In this document: in pieces, positions 10,580 to 19,771 of the stretch
How the letters are laid out: every line of letters begins with the position of its first letter
Numbering within the stretch: position 1 is the first letter of the stretch
Assembly (NCBI GenBank): GCA_965218435.1
Contig: CBDCKW010000009.1
Span: 480,001-544,000, forward strand
DNA from: Truepera sp.
GTDB lineage: Bacteria > Deinococcota > Deinococci > Deinococcales > Trueperaceae
Length of the DNA: 64,000 bases
Reading direction: 5' to 3'
Notes under the pieces: model-generated
Databases searched by the model: none
What the model saw: the letters and a program-made list of their open reading frames with translations, nothing else
What the model was told of the DNA's origin: nothing
Position numbers and translations under genes: made by a program

Positions 10580-11743
10580 ATGCTCACCGCCACTCATCTT
10601 CTCTGGGCAGCCCCACCCCACCACCGCGAGCATTTTGCTGGGGCCGTCGCCGCGCTTAACATCCCGGTTACGGCGGTAGACTCCGCTGAGGCGCTGCTCT
10701 ACCACACCCGCGCCCGAGCGCCGCTAGCGATTTTGCTCGACGACACCACGGTGCAAAGCGTCGCGCAACTCGACCTGATTGCCCTGTTGCGCCGCCGCAA
10801 ACATCTGGCGCACACCCAGATCGTCTGTTTTGGGCCTGACAGTTTAGAACGTCACTTGGCCGCACTCGAGTCGGGCGCAAGTTTTTACCTCGGGGACTCG
10901 ACCTCACCCAAGCTCGTCACGCGCTACCTCGCCATGACGTTGGAACGTGAACGTGCCGACGCGGGCCTGCGTGAGGCGCTCTCGAGGCTCCGGCAGCTCG
11001 AGCAGGCGCACCGGGAATCCGAACGGGTCAAAGAAGACCTCACCCACATGCTCGTTCACGACCTGAAAAGCCCGATTGCCAGCGTGATGGGACTTTTAGA
11101 GCATTCGCTCGACATTACCCGTGAATCGTCAGACATTTACGGCTTGCGTGAACTTTTAGGCTTGGCCCACGGCGAAGCCCAACACCTCTTAAATCTGGCG
11201 GTGAATATCTTAGACGTGCGGCGGATGAAAGAGGGCAATATGCCCTACTATCCGGGGCAAATAGAAAGCCTCGGCGAACTGGCGCGTACGGCTCTAGGAG
11301 ACGTGAACTTGTCGGTTAAAGAGCGTGTCGTGTCGTCTATCGTACGCCCCGAAGCCGAGAGCCTCTGCGCTGATCATGCGCTCTTACGCCGCATGCTCGC
11401 CAACTTGTTTGCCAACGCAGTCAAACACACGCGTTCAGGCGGACATGTAGACTTTCGCGCGTGGCAAGAAGGGCAGAACTACGTTTTGTCGGTACGTGAC
11501 GACGGCGAAGGCATCCCCGAAGAGGACCAAAAACGTATCTTTAACGCGTTCGAGCAGTCGCAACATACCCACCACGAGCGGTTTGATACCGGGATGGGTT
11601 TGACCTTTTGCAAATTGGCGGTTGAAAAGCACGGCGGTAAAATTTGGGTCGAGTCGAAAGTCGGGTGGGGGAGCACCTTTTTTCTGAGCATTCCGGTCAA
11701 TGTTAGCACGCCGGTCGAGGCGGATGATCTGCTGCTAACCTGA
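10580..11743 (+). CDS. Cytoplasmic histidine kinase with a degenerate N-terminal receiver-like domain
   Basis: H-box HDLKSP, N-box NLFANAVKH, DDGEGI, GMGLTFCK; no TM segments. Start at ATG 10580 chosen because TACACT lies 8 nt upstream. Confidence 0.85.
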   Translation: MLTATHLLWAAPPHHREHFAGAVAALNIPVTAVDSAEALLYHTRARAPLAILLDDTTVQSVAQLDLIALLRRRKHLAHTQIVCFGPDSLERHLAALESGASFYLGDSTSPKLVTRYLAMTLERERADAGLREALSRLRQLEQAHRESERVKEDLTHMLVHDLKSPIASVMGLLEHSLDITRESSDIYGLRELLGLAHGEAQHLLNLAVNILDVRRMKEGNMPYYPGQIESLGELARTALGDVNLSVKERVVSSIVRPEAESLCADHALLRRMLANLFANAVKHTRSGGHVDFRAWQEGQNYVLSVRDDGEGIPEEDQKRIFNAFEQSQHTHHERFDTGMGLTFCKLAVEKHGGKIWVESKVGWGSTFFLSIPVNVSTPVEADDLLLT

Positions 11744-11835
11744 GCGAAGGGTGTACTTTAGCCTGCTTAATCAGCGGATTAGAAGCAAGAATTGAGAATA
11801 AATATAGCTCACAGGCTGCCTGCTAGACTCCGAAT

Positions 11836-12486
11836 ATGCCGTTAGAACGCTTTGAGGAGAGTTCTGAATCACCGGGGTGGGGGCTCGAGCGCCCCCTCTG
11901 GTCGCGTGGTTACGCCCGCGTTGCCGGAGTAGATGAGGCGGGGCGGGGCGCACTCGCGGGGCCGGTCGTTGCGGCAGCGGTGCTACTCCCTTACAGCGAC
12001 TTTCCTTTTGATGACTCTAAAAAACTTACGGCAGAGCGGCGCGAGGTGTTCGCGGTTCAAATCAAACGAGTGGCGCTCGCGTGGGGCGTGGGGCAGGCGA
12101 GCGCCGCGGAAGTTGACGCGGTGAACGTGTTGCAGGCGACGCACTTGGCTGCGGGACGTGCGCTCGAGGTGTTGCAAAGGGTTACGCAGCTAGATGCGCT
12201 CGTCACCGACTACCTCAAACTGGACTTTCCCGGCCCGGTTTTTGCACCTCCCAAAGCCGACGCTAGAAGCGTGCAGGTCGCCGCTGCCAGCATCCTGGCC
12301 AAAACAACTCGAGACGCCCTGATGAGCGAACTCCACACCCATGACGCCCGTTACGGTTTCGCCTCTCATAAAGGTTACGGCGCACCACTACATTTACGGG
12401 CACTTGCCGAGCACGGCCCGAGTAAAGCCCACCGCCTCAGCTTTGCACCGGTAGCCGAGGTAGCAAAACTCGGGCGTACCCCATAA
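11836..12486 (+). CDS. rnhB: Ribonuclease HII
   Basis: AGVDEAGRGALAGPV, DSKKL, AASILAK, HKGYG, HRLSFAPV. Confidence 0.96.
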   Translation: MPLERFEESSESPGWGLERPLWSRGYARVAGVDEAGRGALAGPVVAAAVLLPYSDFPFDDSKKLTAERREVFAVQIKRVALAWGVGQASAAEVDAVNVLQATHLAAGRALEVLQRVTQLDALVTDYLKLDFPGPVFAPPKADARSVQVAAASILAKTTRDALMSELHTHDARYGFASHKGYGAPLHLRALAEHGPSKAHRLSFAPVAEVAKLGRTP

Positions 12487-12625
12487 ACGTGCCGTAAACA
12501 CGCCGTAAATTTACGGTAGCTTTATGGTAGCTGCGTTCGTCTCATATACTGAATGCGGGGGAGCACCTAACTTTTTTCCGCCGCACGGTCTCTACGCGGT
12601 TCTGTGCAGCGTTTTTGGAGGCGTC

Positions 12626-13441
12626 ATGCCCGACTGTATCGGTGTCCGGTTCGACAACGGACCGAAAATTCACTACCTAGAAGTGCCGACGCAAGCACCC
12701 GAAGTCGGGGTGCGCTGCGTCGTTTCAACCCGGCGGGGCCTCGAGCTCGGCTTAGTGCGCACCACGGTGTGCAACTCGGACAAACCGAGTGGACACTTTG
12801 TCCGCACCGCGCAACCCGACGATTTGGCGCGGTTTGAAGAGCTCAAAGAAAAAGCCGAAGAACTCAAATGGTTTCTTAAAGCACGGGCGCGTGAACGCAA
12901 CTTGACGCTCAAAGTAGTGCAGCTCGAGTTCACCCTCGACGAATCACTGCTGTTAATCACCTACAGCACCGAACAACAGGTGCCGCTCCGCTCCTTTGTC
13001 CAAGACCTCACCCCGTTTACCAAGGCAAGGCTCGAGTTTGACAATGTCGGCCCACGCGACCAAGCCCGCATCATCGGCACGTTAGGCGTGTGCGGCAGCG
13101 GCTCGTGCAGCTCGACGTGGTTGCAGAGTTTTACCACCGTCTCTATCCGTATGGCGCGTGACCAACAGCTCCCCCTAAATCCCGAAAAGATCAGCGGCCC
13201 GTGCGGACGGCTGATGTGCTGTTTGCAGTACGAGCACGACATGTACCGCGACCTGCTCGCCGACCTGCCCAAAAAAGGCAGCAAAGCCTGCCACACCGAG
13301 ACCGGCGCGTGTGGGCGCGTGGTCAAACTCAACGCGCTGAAAGGCACCGTAGACGTCGCCTACGACGAGGGCGGCTATGAAGAGGTGTCGCCGGAGAAGC
13401 TCGAGCGGCCTTCAAAATCACAACGCCGAGGGACCTCGTGA
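12626..13441 (+). CDS. PSP1-domain Fe-S protein (RicT/YaaT family)
   Basis: GVCG..CS, MARDQQL, KISGPCGRLMCCLQYE; GGAGG RBS before ATG 12626. Confidence 0.88.
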   Translation: MPDCIGVRFDNGPKIHYLEVPTQAPEVGVRCVVSTRRGLELGLVRTTVCNSDKPSGHFVRTAQPDDLARFEELKEKAEELKWFLKARARERNLTLKVVQLEFTLDESLLLITYSTEQQVPLRSFVQDLTPFTKARLEFDNVGPRDQARIIGTLGVCGSGSCSSTWLQSFTTVSIRMARDQQLPLNPEKISGPCGRLMCCLQYEHDMYRDLLADLPKKGSKACHTETGACGRVVKLNALKGTVDVAYDEGGYEEVSPEKLERPSKSQRRGTS

Positions 13442-13944
13442 AGCGAGTCGTTCCTGGGATTTTGCTAATGCTTTTGCTTTCAGCTTGTCCAGAACGTTTT
13501 GACGGTAGGCTAACGGAACCACTAGAAATTACCGTTAGCAAACCTCAGGCAGCTGTGGGAGAACCTGTCACGGTCACTTTGACAGGCGGCTTCGTCAACC
13601 TCACAGAGGCGCGTTCGCCGGACTACATCATTCCGAATTTTAGGCTCGGTGCCTGTTTCCGTGACGCTGCAGACCTACTAGGTGAGAACGAAGGAGGGCT
13701 ATGTTTAAGTAGTGACCTTCCGCTTCCTCCACATATCGTGGTTGCCGAGGGGCAGAGTTATCAAAAGGCTTTTGGTAGGCAAGTCGTCAAAAGTGGGGAA
13801 GAGGTCGCTCTAAAACATACTTTTTCTTTTACCTCAGTAGAACCTAAGCTAGTCAAACTTTCTGCCATGAGCCAGATAGTTGTTGAGGGCTTTTCTCGCC
13901 CGACTTTTAGAAACAGCTTAGACGTCGAAGTGCAGTTTGAATAG
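13438..13944 (+). CDS. Hypothetical lipoprotein
   Basis: MKR plus hydrophobic stretch and LSAC lipobox; GTG overlaps the PSP1 stop; visibly more AT-rich than its neighbours. Confidence 0.7.
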   Translation: MKRVVPGILLMLLLSACPERFDGRLTEPLEITVSKPQAAVGEPVTVTLTGGFVNLTEARSPDYIIPNFRLGACFRDAADLLGENEGGLCLSSDLPLPPHIVVAEGQSYQKAFGRQVVKSGEEVALKHTFSFTSVEPKLVKLSAMSQIVVEGFSRPTFRNSLDVEVQFE

Positions 13945-13978
13945 CAATTGCAAGTGCTAAGTTCAGAAGCAATTTGAC

Positions 13979-14005
13979 CCCTCGAGCCCTACGCTCGAGG
14001 GATTT
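13979..14005 (+). terminator. Stem-loop built from two CTCGAG sites
   Basis: CCCTCGAGC-cctac-GCTCGAGGG followed by ATTT. Confidence 0.5.
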
Positions 14006-14170
14006 CCCGTAAAATCTCCTGCGGTTCTAACCTCTCCTAAAATGCAGCTGAGGCAGTTTTTCCTCAACTTCCGCAAATGGTCTTTGAGGTGCTTTTCTCT
14101 TTTGTTTTTCTTTTTACGATAAAAGCTGAGGTTGATACACAATCTTGATAACAGACCTGGGGGGTCAAAA

Positions 14171-14638
14171 ATGAACGAAGACAACCTTAAACAACTCGTC
14201 GCTAGCGGTCTTCCGGCACTTAAGGCGGGGGTGCGCATCACCGCTGCCGGTGCTGACGAAATCGCGGACTCGGCAACAAACTCTGAGCTGAAGTCGGCTT
14301 TAGGCAACGATATCTCAAAAGAGTGGCAATCACGAATTGACCAGGCGATGAGCGAGGTTGGTGCGAGCGGTGAAGGGGAGAATCCAATACTCGAGGCTCA
14401 CTACGACGTTTCCAGAAAAATTCGCAACGCTGCGCCGGACGATCAGGTTCGTGACTTAGGCATTATCGCTGCGGGTCAGCTGGCGATGCACTACTGGATC
14501 GCTTCGTTCGGCACGATGGCCGCTTACACAGAACAGCTCGGTTTGGAAAGCACAAAGCAGGCGATGGGCCAGTCTTTAGAAGAGGCGAAGCAGGCCGACG
14601 AGCAGTTTAAGCAGCTTTCTGCCCAAATTAGGGGTTAA
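14171..14638 (+). CDS. Ferritin-like stress protein, DUF892 (YciE/YciF-like)
   Basis: RDLGIIAAGQLAMHYWIASFGT..Y and LEEAKQADE four-helix-bundle pattern. Confidence 0.75.
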   Translation: MNEDNLKQLVASGLPALKAGVRITAAGADEIADSATNSELKSALGNDISKEWQSRIDQAMSEVGASGEGENPILEAHYDVSRKIRNAAPDDQVRDLGIIAAGQLAMHYWIASFGTMAAYTEQLGLESTKQAMGQSLEEAKQADEQFKQLSAQIRG

Positions 14639-14675
14639 GGTTTAGACGAACGTCACATTTCTTATTCTTTACCTG

Positions 14676-14706
14676 TCAGGGGAGCCGCACCGCTCTCCTG
14701 ATTTTG
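14676..14706 (+). terminator. Rho-independent terminator
   Basis: TCAGGGGAGC-cgcacc-GCTCTCCTGA then TTTTG. Confidence 0.65.
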
Positions 14707-14789
14707 TCTCGAGTGTTGGTACGCATCTTCTCTGGCTATTCTCGGGGGCTTCTCCTTAAATCCCCCACAATAAAGTTAGAACTTGCATG

Positions 14790-15632
14790 TTACCCTTGTA
14801 GGCGTTGTTCGCGGGCTGCAGCAAAAGCTCTTTCCAACCTATTTTTTGAATCAATTAAAGCGTCGTCGGTGTCGCGTCCATAACCCCCAGACTTCGGCAA
14901 ACCGCCGATCTCGAGGATAGCGAAGCCTCGAAAGTCTGCTTGGAGGAGGGGGCGTGCATAATCTGTAAAGTTGATGGTACCTAGACCGAGGGGAAGATGA
15001 TAGTTCACTTCAGGTAGCGGTGTGTCAGCCACGTGTAAAAGACTCATCCGGGGAGCTGGGGCTTTGAAATCGTGAAGGTCTTTCGGCACAGTATGGTTGA
15101 GGTCCCAAACGAAGCCGAGTCCCGGTACAGCCTCCAGCACTGCCGCGCAGCTTTGCGGCACTGAAAAAAAGTTGAGCGCAGGTTCGTTGTGTTCAAAAGC
15201 GAAGGTAAAGCCGTGCTGCAAACCCAGCTCGGTTGCCGCTTTGAAATCCGGCAAAAGGGTGGGCTCGAGCGGTGAAGTTTCTTTAGGAGCGGGCTCGAGC
15301 ACCAGGTGCCAATGAACGTGCTGACAAGGCAAGCTCTGGATAGCTGGTAGGTTGGCCTCTAAAATCTCTAGCGGCGTTCTACCTGACTGTGTGCGTCCAT
15401 CTCCGTTTAGCCGAATAAGTAGCTCCATCGTTGGGGTGAGATTGTTTAATTTTAGAGCCTGTTTTATCTCTGTGAACGAAGCCCCCAGCTCTTCTTCGGT
15501 CAACCCTTTCTCTTTGCCTTGAAACTGTAACGCAGAAAAACCAGCGTCGTGAGCAAACTGAATTTCTTGCGGTGCCGGACGCCAGTTATTAGGAAAAAAT
15601 CGACCATTCATGCCAACCTTAACGGAGCGCAC
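14790..15632 (-). CDS. Sugar-phosphate isomerase/epimerase (xylose-isomerase-like TIM barrel)
   Basis: FEHNE, WDLNH, LHVAD, HLPLGLGTINF and ILEI metal-ligand pattern. Confidence 0.8.
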   Translation of the reverse strand: MRSVKVGMNGRFFPNNWRPAPQEIQFAHDAGFSALQFQGKEKGLTEEELGASFTEIKQALKLNNLTPTMELLIRLNGDGRTQSGRTPLEILEANLPAIQSLPCQHVHWHLVLEPAPKETSPLEPTLLPDFKAATELGLQHGFTFAFEHNEPALNFFSVPQSCAAVLEAVPGLGFVWDLNHTVPKDLHDFKAPAPRMSLLHVADTPLPEVNYHLPLGLGTINFTDYARPLLQADFRGFAILEIGGLPKSGGYGRDTDDALIDSKNRLERAFAAAREQRLQG

Positions 15633-15634
15633 TG

Positions 15635-16561
15635 TTACCTGCTTTCTCTTAAAATCTCCCGAAGTTCCAAAGTCAAAACTTGCACCGCCACCCCCGGTGA
15701 CGCATACGCCCCGATCGCCGCTTCACACCGCTCTAAAGCAGCTAACCCGGCAGCATACGCCCCCCTCGGCCACTCGCTCAGGCGGGCGCGTAACAGCTCA
15801 GAGACGCTAAAACGGCCTTCGCCCGACCAGGCTTTCTCGAGGGCGTCGGCCTTTTCAAACGCCTCTTCTAACCCTTTGGGCAGCGCCAGCAGATAATCGT
15901 GAACGAGGCTCAGCTGGGCGCTGAACTCCTCCGTGTGCTCGGCCGCCTCGAAGAGTTCACCGGCGCGGCCGAGCCTTGCCGCCGGGTGCGGTTCGGGCAG
16001 GTCTATGGCCACGTCCACCGCACCGAAACGAACCGTCACGCTCCTCGAGAGAATCGTCGGCAAGACGCTCTCCACGCTCGGCGCAATCAAAATGATGACC
16101 GCGTACGAGGGCGGTTCTTCTAAAAATTTGAGAAAGGCGTTGGCAGCGGCAGGGCTCAGCAGGTCGGCCCCGTCAATGATCCCAACGCGTTTTTTGAACC
16201 TCGGGCGGGCCTCGAGCCAGGTGCTCAGCGGGGTGTCGGGGCTGTCTTCACGGGGGACAAGATCACCGATACGGAGTTGCGGGCGGCGGCTCCGGCGGCC
16301 GGTTTTGGTCTCCCATAGCGGCGCGAGTTCGCGCAGGTCGGGGTGTGCCCCAGCTTGGAATAAGCGGCAGCTCTCGCAGCGGCCACACGGTTCGGAAACT
16401 GAGTTGGCACAGTTGAGCAGCTCGGCGTACCACCGTGCGACGCGCCGCCGTCCGACGCGGGGCGGCCCGACGAAGAGGAGCGTATGGGCGTGTGTGCGGG
16501 CAAGTTCACGTAGGACGCCTTTGGCTTCGTCGTGACCGATCAGAGGTGGGACGGTAGTCAT
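15635..16561 (-). CDS. holB: DNA polymerase III delta' subunit
   Basis: LIGH, LLFVGPPRVGR, PCGRCESC zinc motif, HPDL, AANAFLKFLEEP, LPTILSR. Confidence 0.9.
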   Translation of the reverse strand: MTTVPPLIGHDEAKGVLRELARTHAHTLLFVGPPRVGRRRVARWYAELLNCANSVSEPCGRCESCRLFQAGAHPDLRELAPLWETKTGRRSRRPQLRIGDLVPREDSPDTPLSTWLEARPRFKKRVGIIDGADLLSPAAANAFLKFLEEPPSYAVIILIAPSVESVLPTILSRSVTVRFGAVDVAIDLPEPHPAARLGRAGELFEAAEHTEEFSAQLSLVHDYLLALPKGLEEAFEKADALEKAWSGEGRFSVSELLRARLSEWPRGAYAAGLAALERCEAAIGAYASPGVAVQVLTLELREILRESR

Positions 16562-16594
16562 GTCAGCACACCTGCAAAACGTGTACTGCTCACC

Positions 16595-17341
16595 CTAGCG
16601 GCCTCTGCCGAGCCGGGTTGCCAGCGACGCCGGATAGTCGGCTTCTTTGACGAGCCGCTGCACCGCCGCGACGTCAAACGCGACTCGGTAGTGCTCGAGC
16701 GTCTGGGCATCCTCGTCGTAAATCCCGTAAGAGGCGAGCGGGATGCCGTCTCTGGGTTGCCCGACCGACCCCGGATTAAAGAGGACGCGGGCGTTGGGGG
16801 GCAGGCGGTAGAGCGTTTTGTCTTTGGTTAACGGCAAGCTCCGGGCGAGTTTTTTCCCGCCTTGTTCGGCAAAAAGATAGATAATCGGGACGTGGGTGTG
16901 ACCGAAAAAGAGCAGTAGGCGCGACATCCGGGGCAGCTCGAGCTGTGCCCGCTCGAGCGAGTCCACGTAGTCCCACGAGCCCGCTAAGGTGCTGTGAACC
17001 GCCTCCCAACTGTCACCGGCCGCGTGCCGTGTCAGCTGCGCTAAAAAGCTGTGAGCGCGTCCATTTAGGTGCGCTCTCTGTTTGTCTAAAACGTCTAGGA
17101 CCACTCCTTTCCAGCCACCGCCCAAAGTAGGCTCGAGCAAAAGCTCGTCGTGGTTGCCGAGTAAGGCTGCTTTTAGCGGCAGCGTTTGCAACGCCGTAAT
17201 GACCGCTTCAGGTTGCGGGTAGTAGCCAACGGCGTCACCCAAAAAGATAACTTGCTGCCAGCGTTTCGCGTCGGCGTGTTTAAGGACCTCGGTGAGCGCG
17301 GTAGCGTTGGCGTGAACGTCGCTAAGGAGCAGGTAACGCAT
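16595..17341 (-). CDS. Calcineurin-like metallophosphoesterase
   Basis: SDVHAN, GDAVGY, GNHD, GHTH, NPGSVGQPRDG. Confidence 0.92.
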   Translation of the reverse strand: MRYLLLSDVHANATALTEVLKHADAKRWQQVIFLGDAVGYYPQPEAVITALQTLPLKAALLGNHDELLLEPTLGGGWKGVVLDVLDKQRAHLNGRAHSFLAQLTRHAAGDSWEAVHSTLAGSWDYVDSLERAQLELPRMSRLLLFFGHTHVPIIYLFAEQGGKKLARSLPLTKDKTLYRLPPNARVLFNPGSVGQPRDGIPLASYGIYDEDAQTLEHYRVAFDVAAVQRLVKEADYPASLATRLGRGR

Positions 17342-17775
17342 CTCTTATCAGTTTATCAGGCTGCTGGCGCGTGAACCTTTGCGGCTGAACGCAAGTAAGC
17401 GCAAATAGCTTGCAAAATGTAGCGGTTGGGGAAACTTTTTGAGTAGTTGACCGTGCCGGATTTACGCCTACGCCAAGAGTACGTCCCTACGGTAGCGTTT
17501 CCAAAAGAGATTGTACCAAGCCTCACTCCACCGAGGTAACGGGATTTTTTAGAATATACGTGCTGGTCGGCAAAAGTTAGACAGAAAGTGCTGCTGACCA
17601 GAGGATATGCCTGCCTGTGCCCTACGAGGGTATGCCCCAGGTACCCCAACGGGGTATACCTGCTGCGGTTATGAAGGCGTTCGTGCGGCCCTGTTAGGTT
17701 AACTCGACTTATTGATTCGGCTTCGGGGCAGCAGCCACATAGTTCCAGCCAACGCTCACGTGTCTTTGGGGGTGC

Positions 17776-18939
17776 GTGTCAAACGCACCGCGCTATACTT
17801 GCAGGGTGAGGCGTACGCTAAGACGAGTCGGGGCTGGTTTAAGACCTGCGCTACTTATAGGAATCTGGGTGATGTTGGGGAGCAGCGCCTACGCTCAGCT
17901 GGTCGTTCCCGATTTTGGAGTTCAGGGTGACGTTCCCAGCGTTATGGTCGAGCGGTTTATGAAGATTTTTCGGCAACAACTCAGCCTTCGCACGGGCCTG
18001 AGTGTGCTACCGGGAACCACCGCCGCGCAGACCTTGGTGGGCCGCCTCGAGCCCGACGTGGCGGCGGCGATTGCAACCTTGGGCGGTGGCCGCTACAGCG
18101 TTGCCGGTGAGATTATCGCGCTTGATACGGGTTTAAGCGAAACCAACTACACCGTCAATCTGCTCGTTACCGACGCCCGGACGAGGCGCACGTCCGACCT
18201 TTTTAGCCAACCCTTAGAACGGACCGATTTGCCCGCCACCGTCGCCACGCTGACACGGGCGGTCGGCGCGTTCGTCAACCCGGCCAGCCAGCCTGCGCGC
18301 GGTTCGGCCAGCCTCTTTGTTACCAGTGAACCGGATGACGCGTCGGTCTACCTAAACGGCGTCGAGGTCGGCACGACGGCAAACCCGCTGTTACCCCTTG
18401 CGCCCGGACGCTACGAGGTCGAGGTGCGTAAAGACGGTTATGTGCCGGAGAGCGATACAGTCACACTGGGAATGAACGAAACGCAGTTTTTGCCCTTTTC
18501 GCTCACTGAGATTCGTGGCGGCAGCATCTTGGTGAGCAGCGTTCCAAGTGCTGAGGTGCTGCTCGACGGTCGCCGGGTCGGGCGTACGCCGCTGACCATC
18601 GAGGCGGAGCCCGGAGTCCGTACCCTCCGGCTCGCTCGTCCCGGTTTTGCGACCGAAACGCAGTCGGTGACGGTTCGGAACTTTTTTGTCTCGAGAGTCC
18701 CGCAAGTCAGGCTCAGGCCCACCTATCAAAACCTCGTCTACTGGACGCCGCTGACCGGCTTTAGCGTTTCGGTAGACGGAATCGCGCGCCCCCGCAATTT
18801 CGCCGCCAACTTACAACCCGGCACGCACCGGGCGGTGCTCTCGCGGCGTGGGATAGACATTCCCTTTACTTTTGAGCTACGTCGCCCCGGTGTGTTTGAA
18901 CTCGATTTGCAAACGCACAAATTGATGAAGCTCGAGTAG
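17776..18939 (+). CDS. Secreted PEGA-domain protein (start uncertain)
   Basis: Signal-like segment ending AYA-Q; two clear PEGA repeats (VTSEPDDASVYLNG..G..PGRYEVEVRKDGY; VSSVPSAEVLLDG..GRTP..PG..LARPGF). Confidence 0.8.
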   Translation: MSNAPRYTCRVRRTLRRVGAGLRPALLIGIWVMLGSSAYAQLVVPDFGVQGDVPSVMVERFMKIFRQQLSLRTGLSVLPGTTAAQTLVGRLEPDVAAAIATLGGGRYSVAGEIIALDTGLSETNYTVNLLVTDARTRRTSDLFSQPLERTDLPATVATLTRAVGAFVNPASQPARGSASLFVTSEPDDASVYLNGVEVGTTANPLLPLAPGRYEVEVRKDGYVPESDTVTLGMNETQFLPFSLTEIRGGSILVSSVPSAEVLLDGRRVGRTPLTIEAEPGVRTLRLARPGFATETQSVTVRNFFVSRVPQVRLRPTYQNLVYWTPLTGFSVSVDGIARPRNFAANLQPGTHRAVLSRRGIDIPFTFELRRPGVFELDLQTHKLMKLE

Positions 18940-19023
18940 TTCCAGGTTGCTGGGGACCGCCTGCCAGATACTACTTACGCACGCGGCCCTAGATAACCTA
19001 ATGAACAAATTGGTTAGTTGAAT

Positions 19024-19706
19024 TTACTGCTTCGTGGGTGCCATCGCCAAGCGCAGGAGATACTCTTGCTCCCCTTCTTTTTCCTTTGGCCGATACTGCT
19101 TTAATATCATTGCAATTTCTATTTGTAGCGCCTTGGCATCCGCCTGCGTGAGCCTGAGGTTGCCCCAGGTATCCCATACAGCAGGGGCGTCCGGCTCGAG
19201 AAGCTGGTCGAAAAAGCGATTGGGTTTATCATCTTCCGGGTCGGGGACGATGTTGTGCGTGATGTTGCCCTCAGCGTTACGGAAAACAAGCATACCTAAG
19301 GTTTGACGCTCGTCGCAGGCAGCTAACCATGCCTGACCTATGCTCTCGTTCAGTCTTTCCTGTAATTGGCTAAACGCGTGGGGCGACAACGACATTTGCG
19401 TCGTGAGCGAGGTGGCCTGAAAAGGGACGAAAAAGCCGTCGGCTACGCCGCAGTAGTAGCGCGGATAGGGCGACCTTGGCGAGGCTCTACACGTACCTCC
19501 TCGATTAGGCCAAGGCGAACAAACTGCCTGACCCGGTAAAGCATGGAACTCGTATCAACCTCTAGTTCCGCCGCCACCTTGCTGATGGACCTTTCCTGAC
19601 CGATGAACGGCAGGAGAAAGCGCCGCGCTGCCGGGTCAGTCACGATTCTCGCAGCTTCTGCTTCCTCTATCCTTAACCACTTTCTACTTGAAGACGCCTG
19701 TTTCAT
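19024..19706 (-). pseudogene. ArsR-like winged-helix regulator, frameshifted near 19458-19463
   Basis: ORF 19443..19706 (HTH ..GRPIR) continues in another frame as YYCGVADGFFVPFQATSLTTQ into ORF 19024..19395. Confidence 0.75.
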
Positions 19707-19771
19707 TCCAAGTAGCTTACCCTCGACACTAAAAGCATGACGAAACTAAACATGCGTTTAAGGATACAGCG

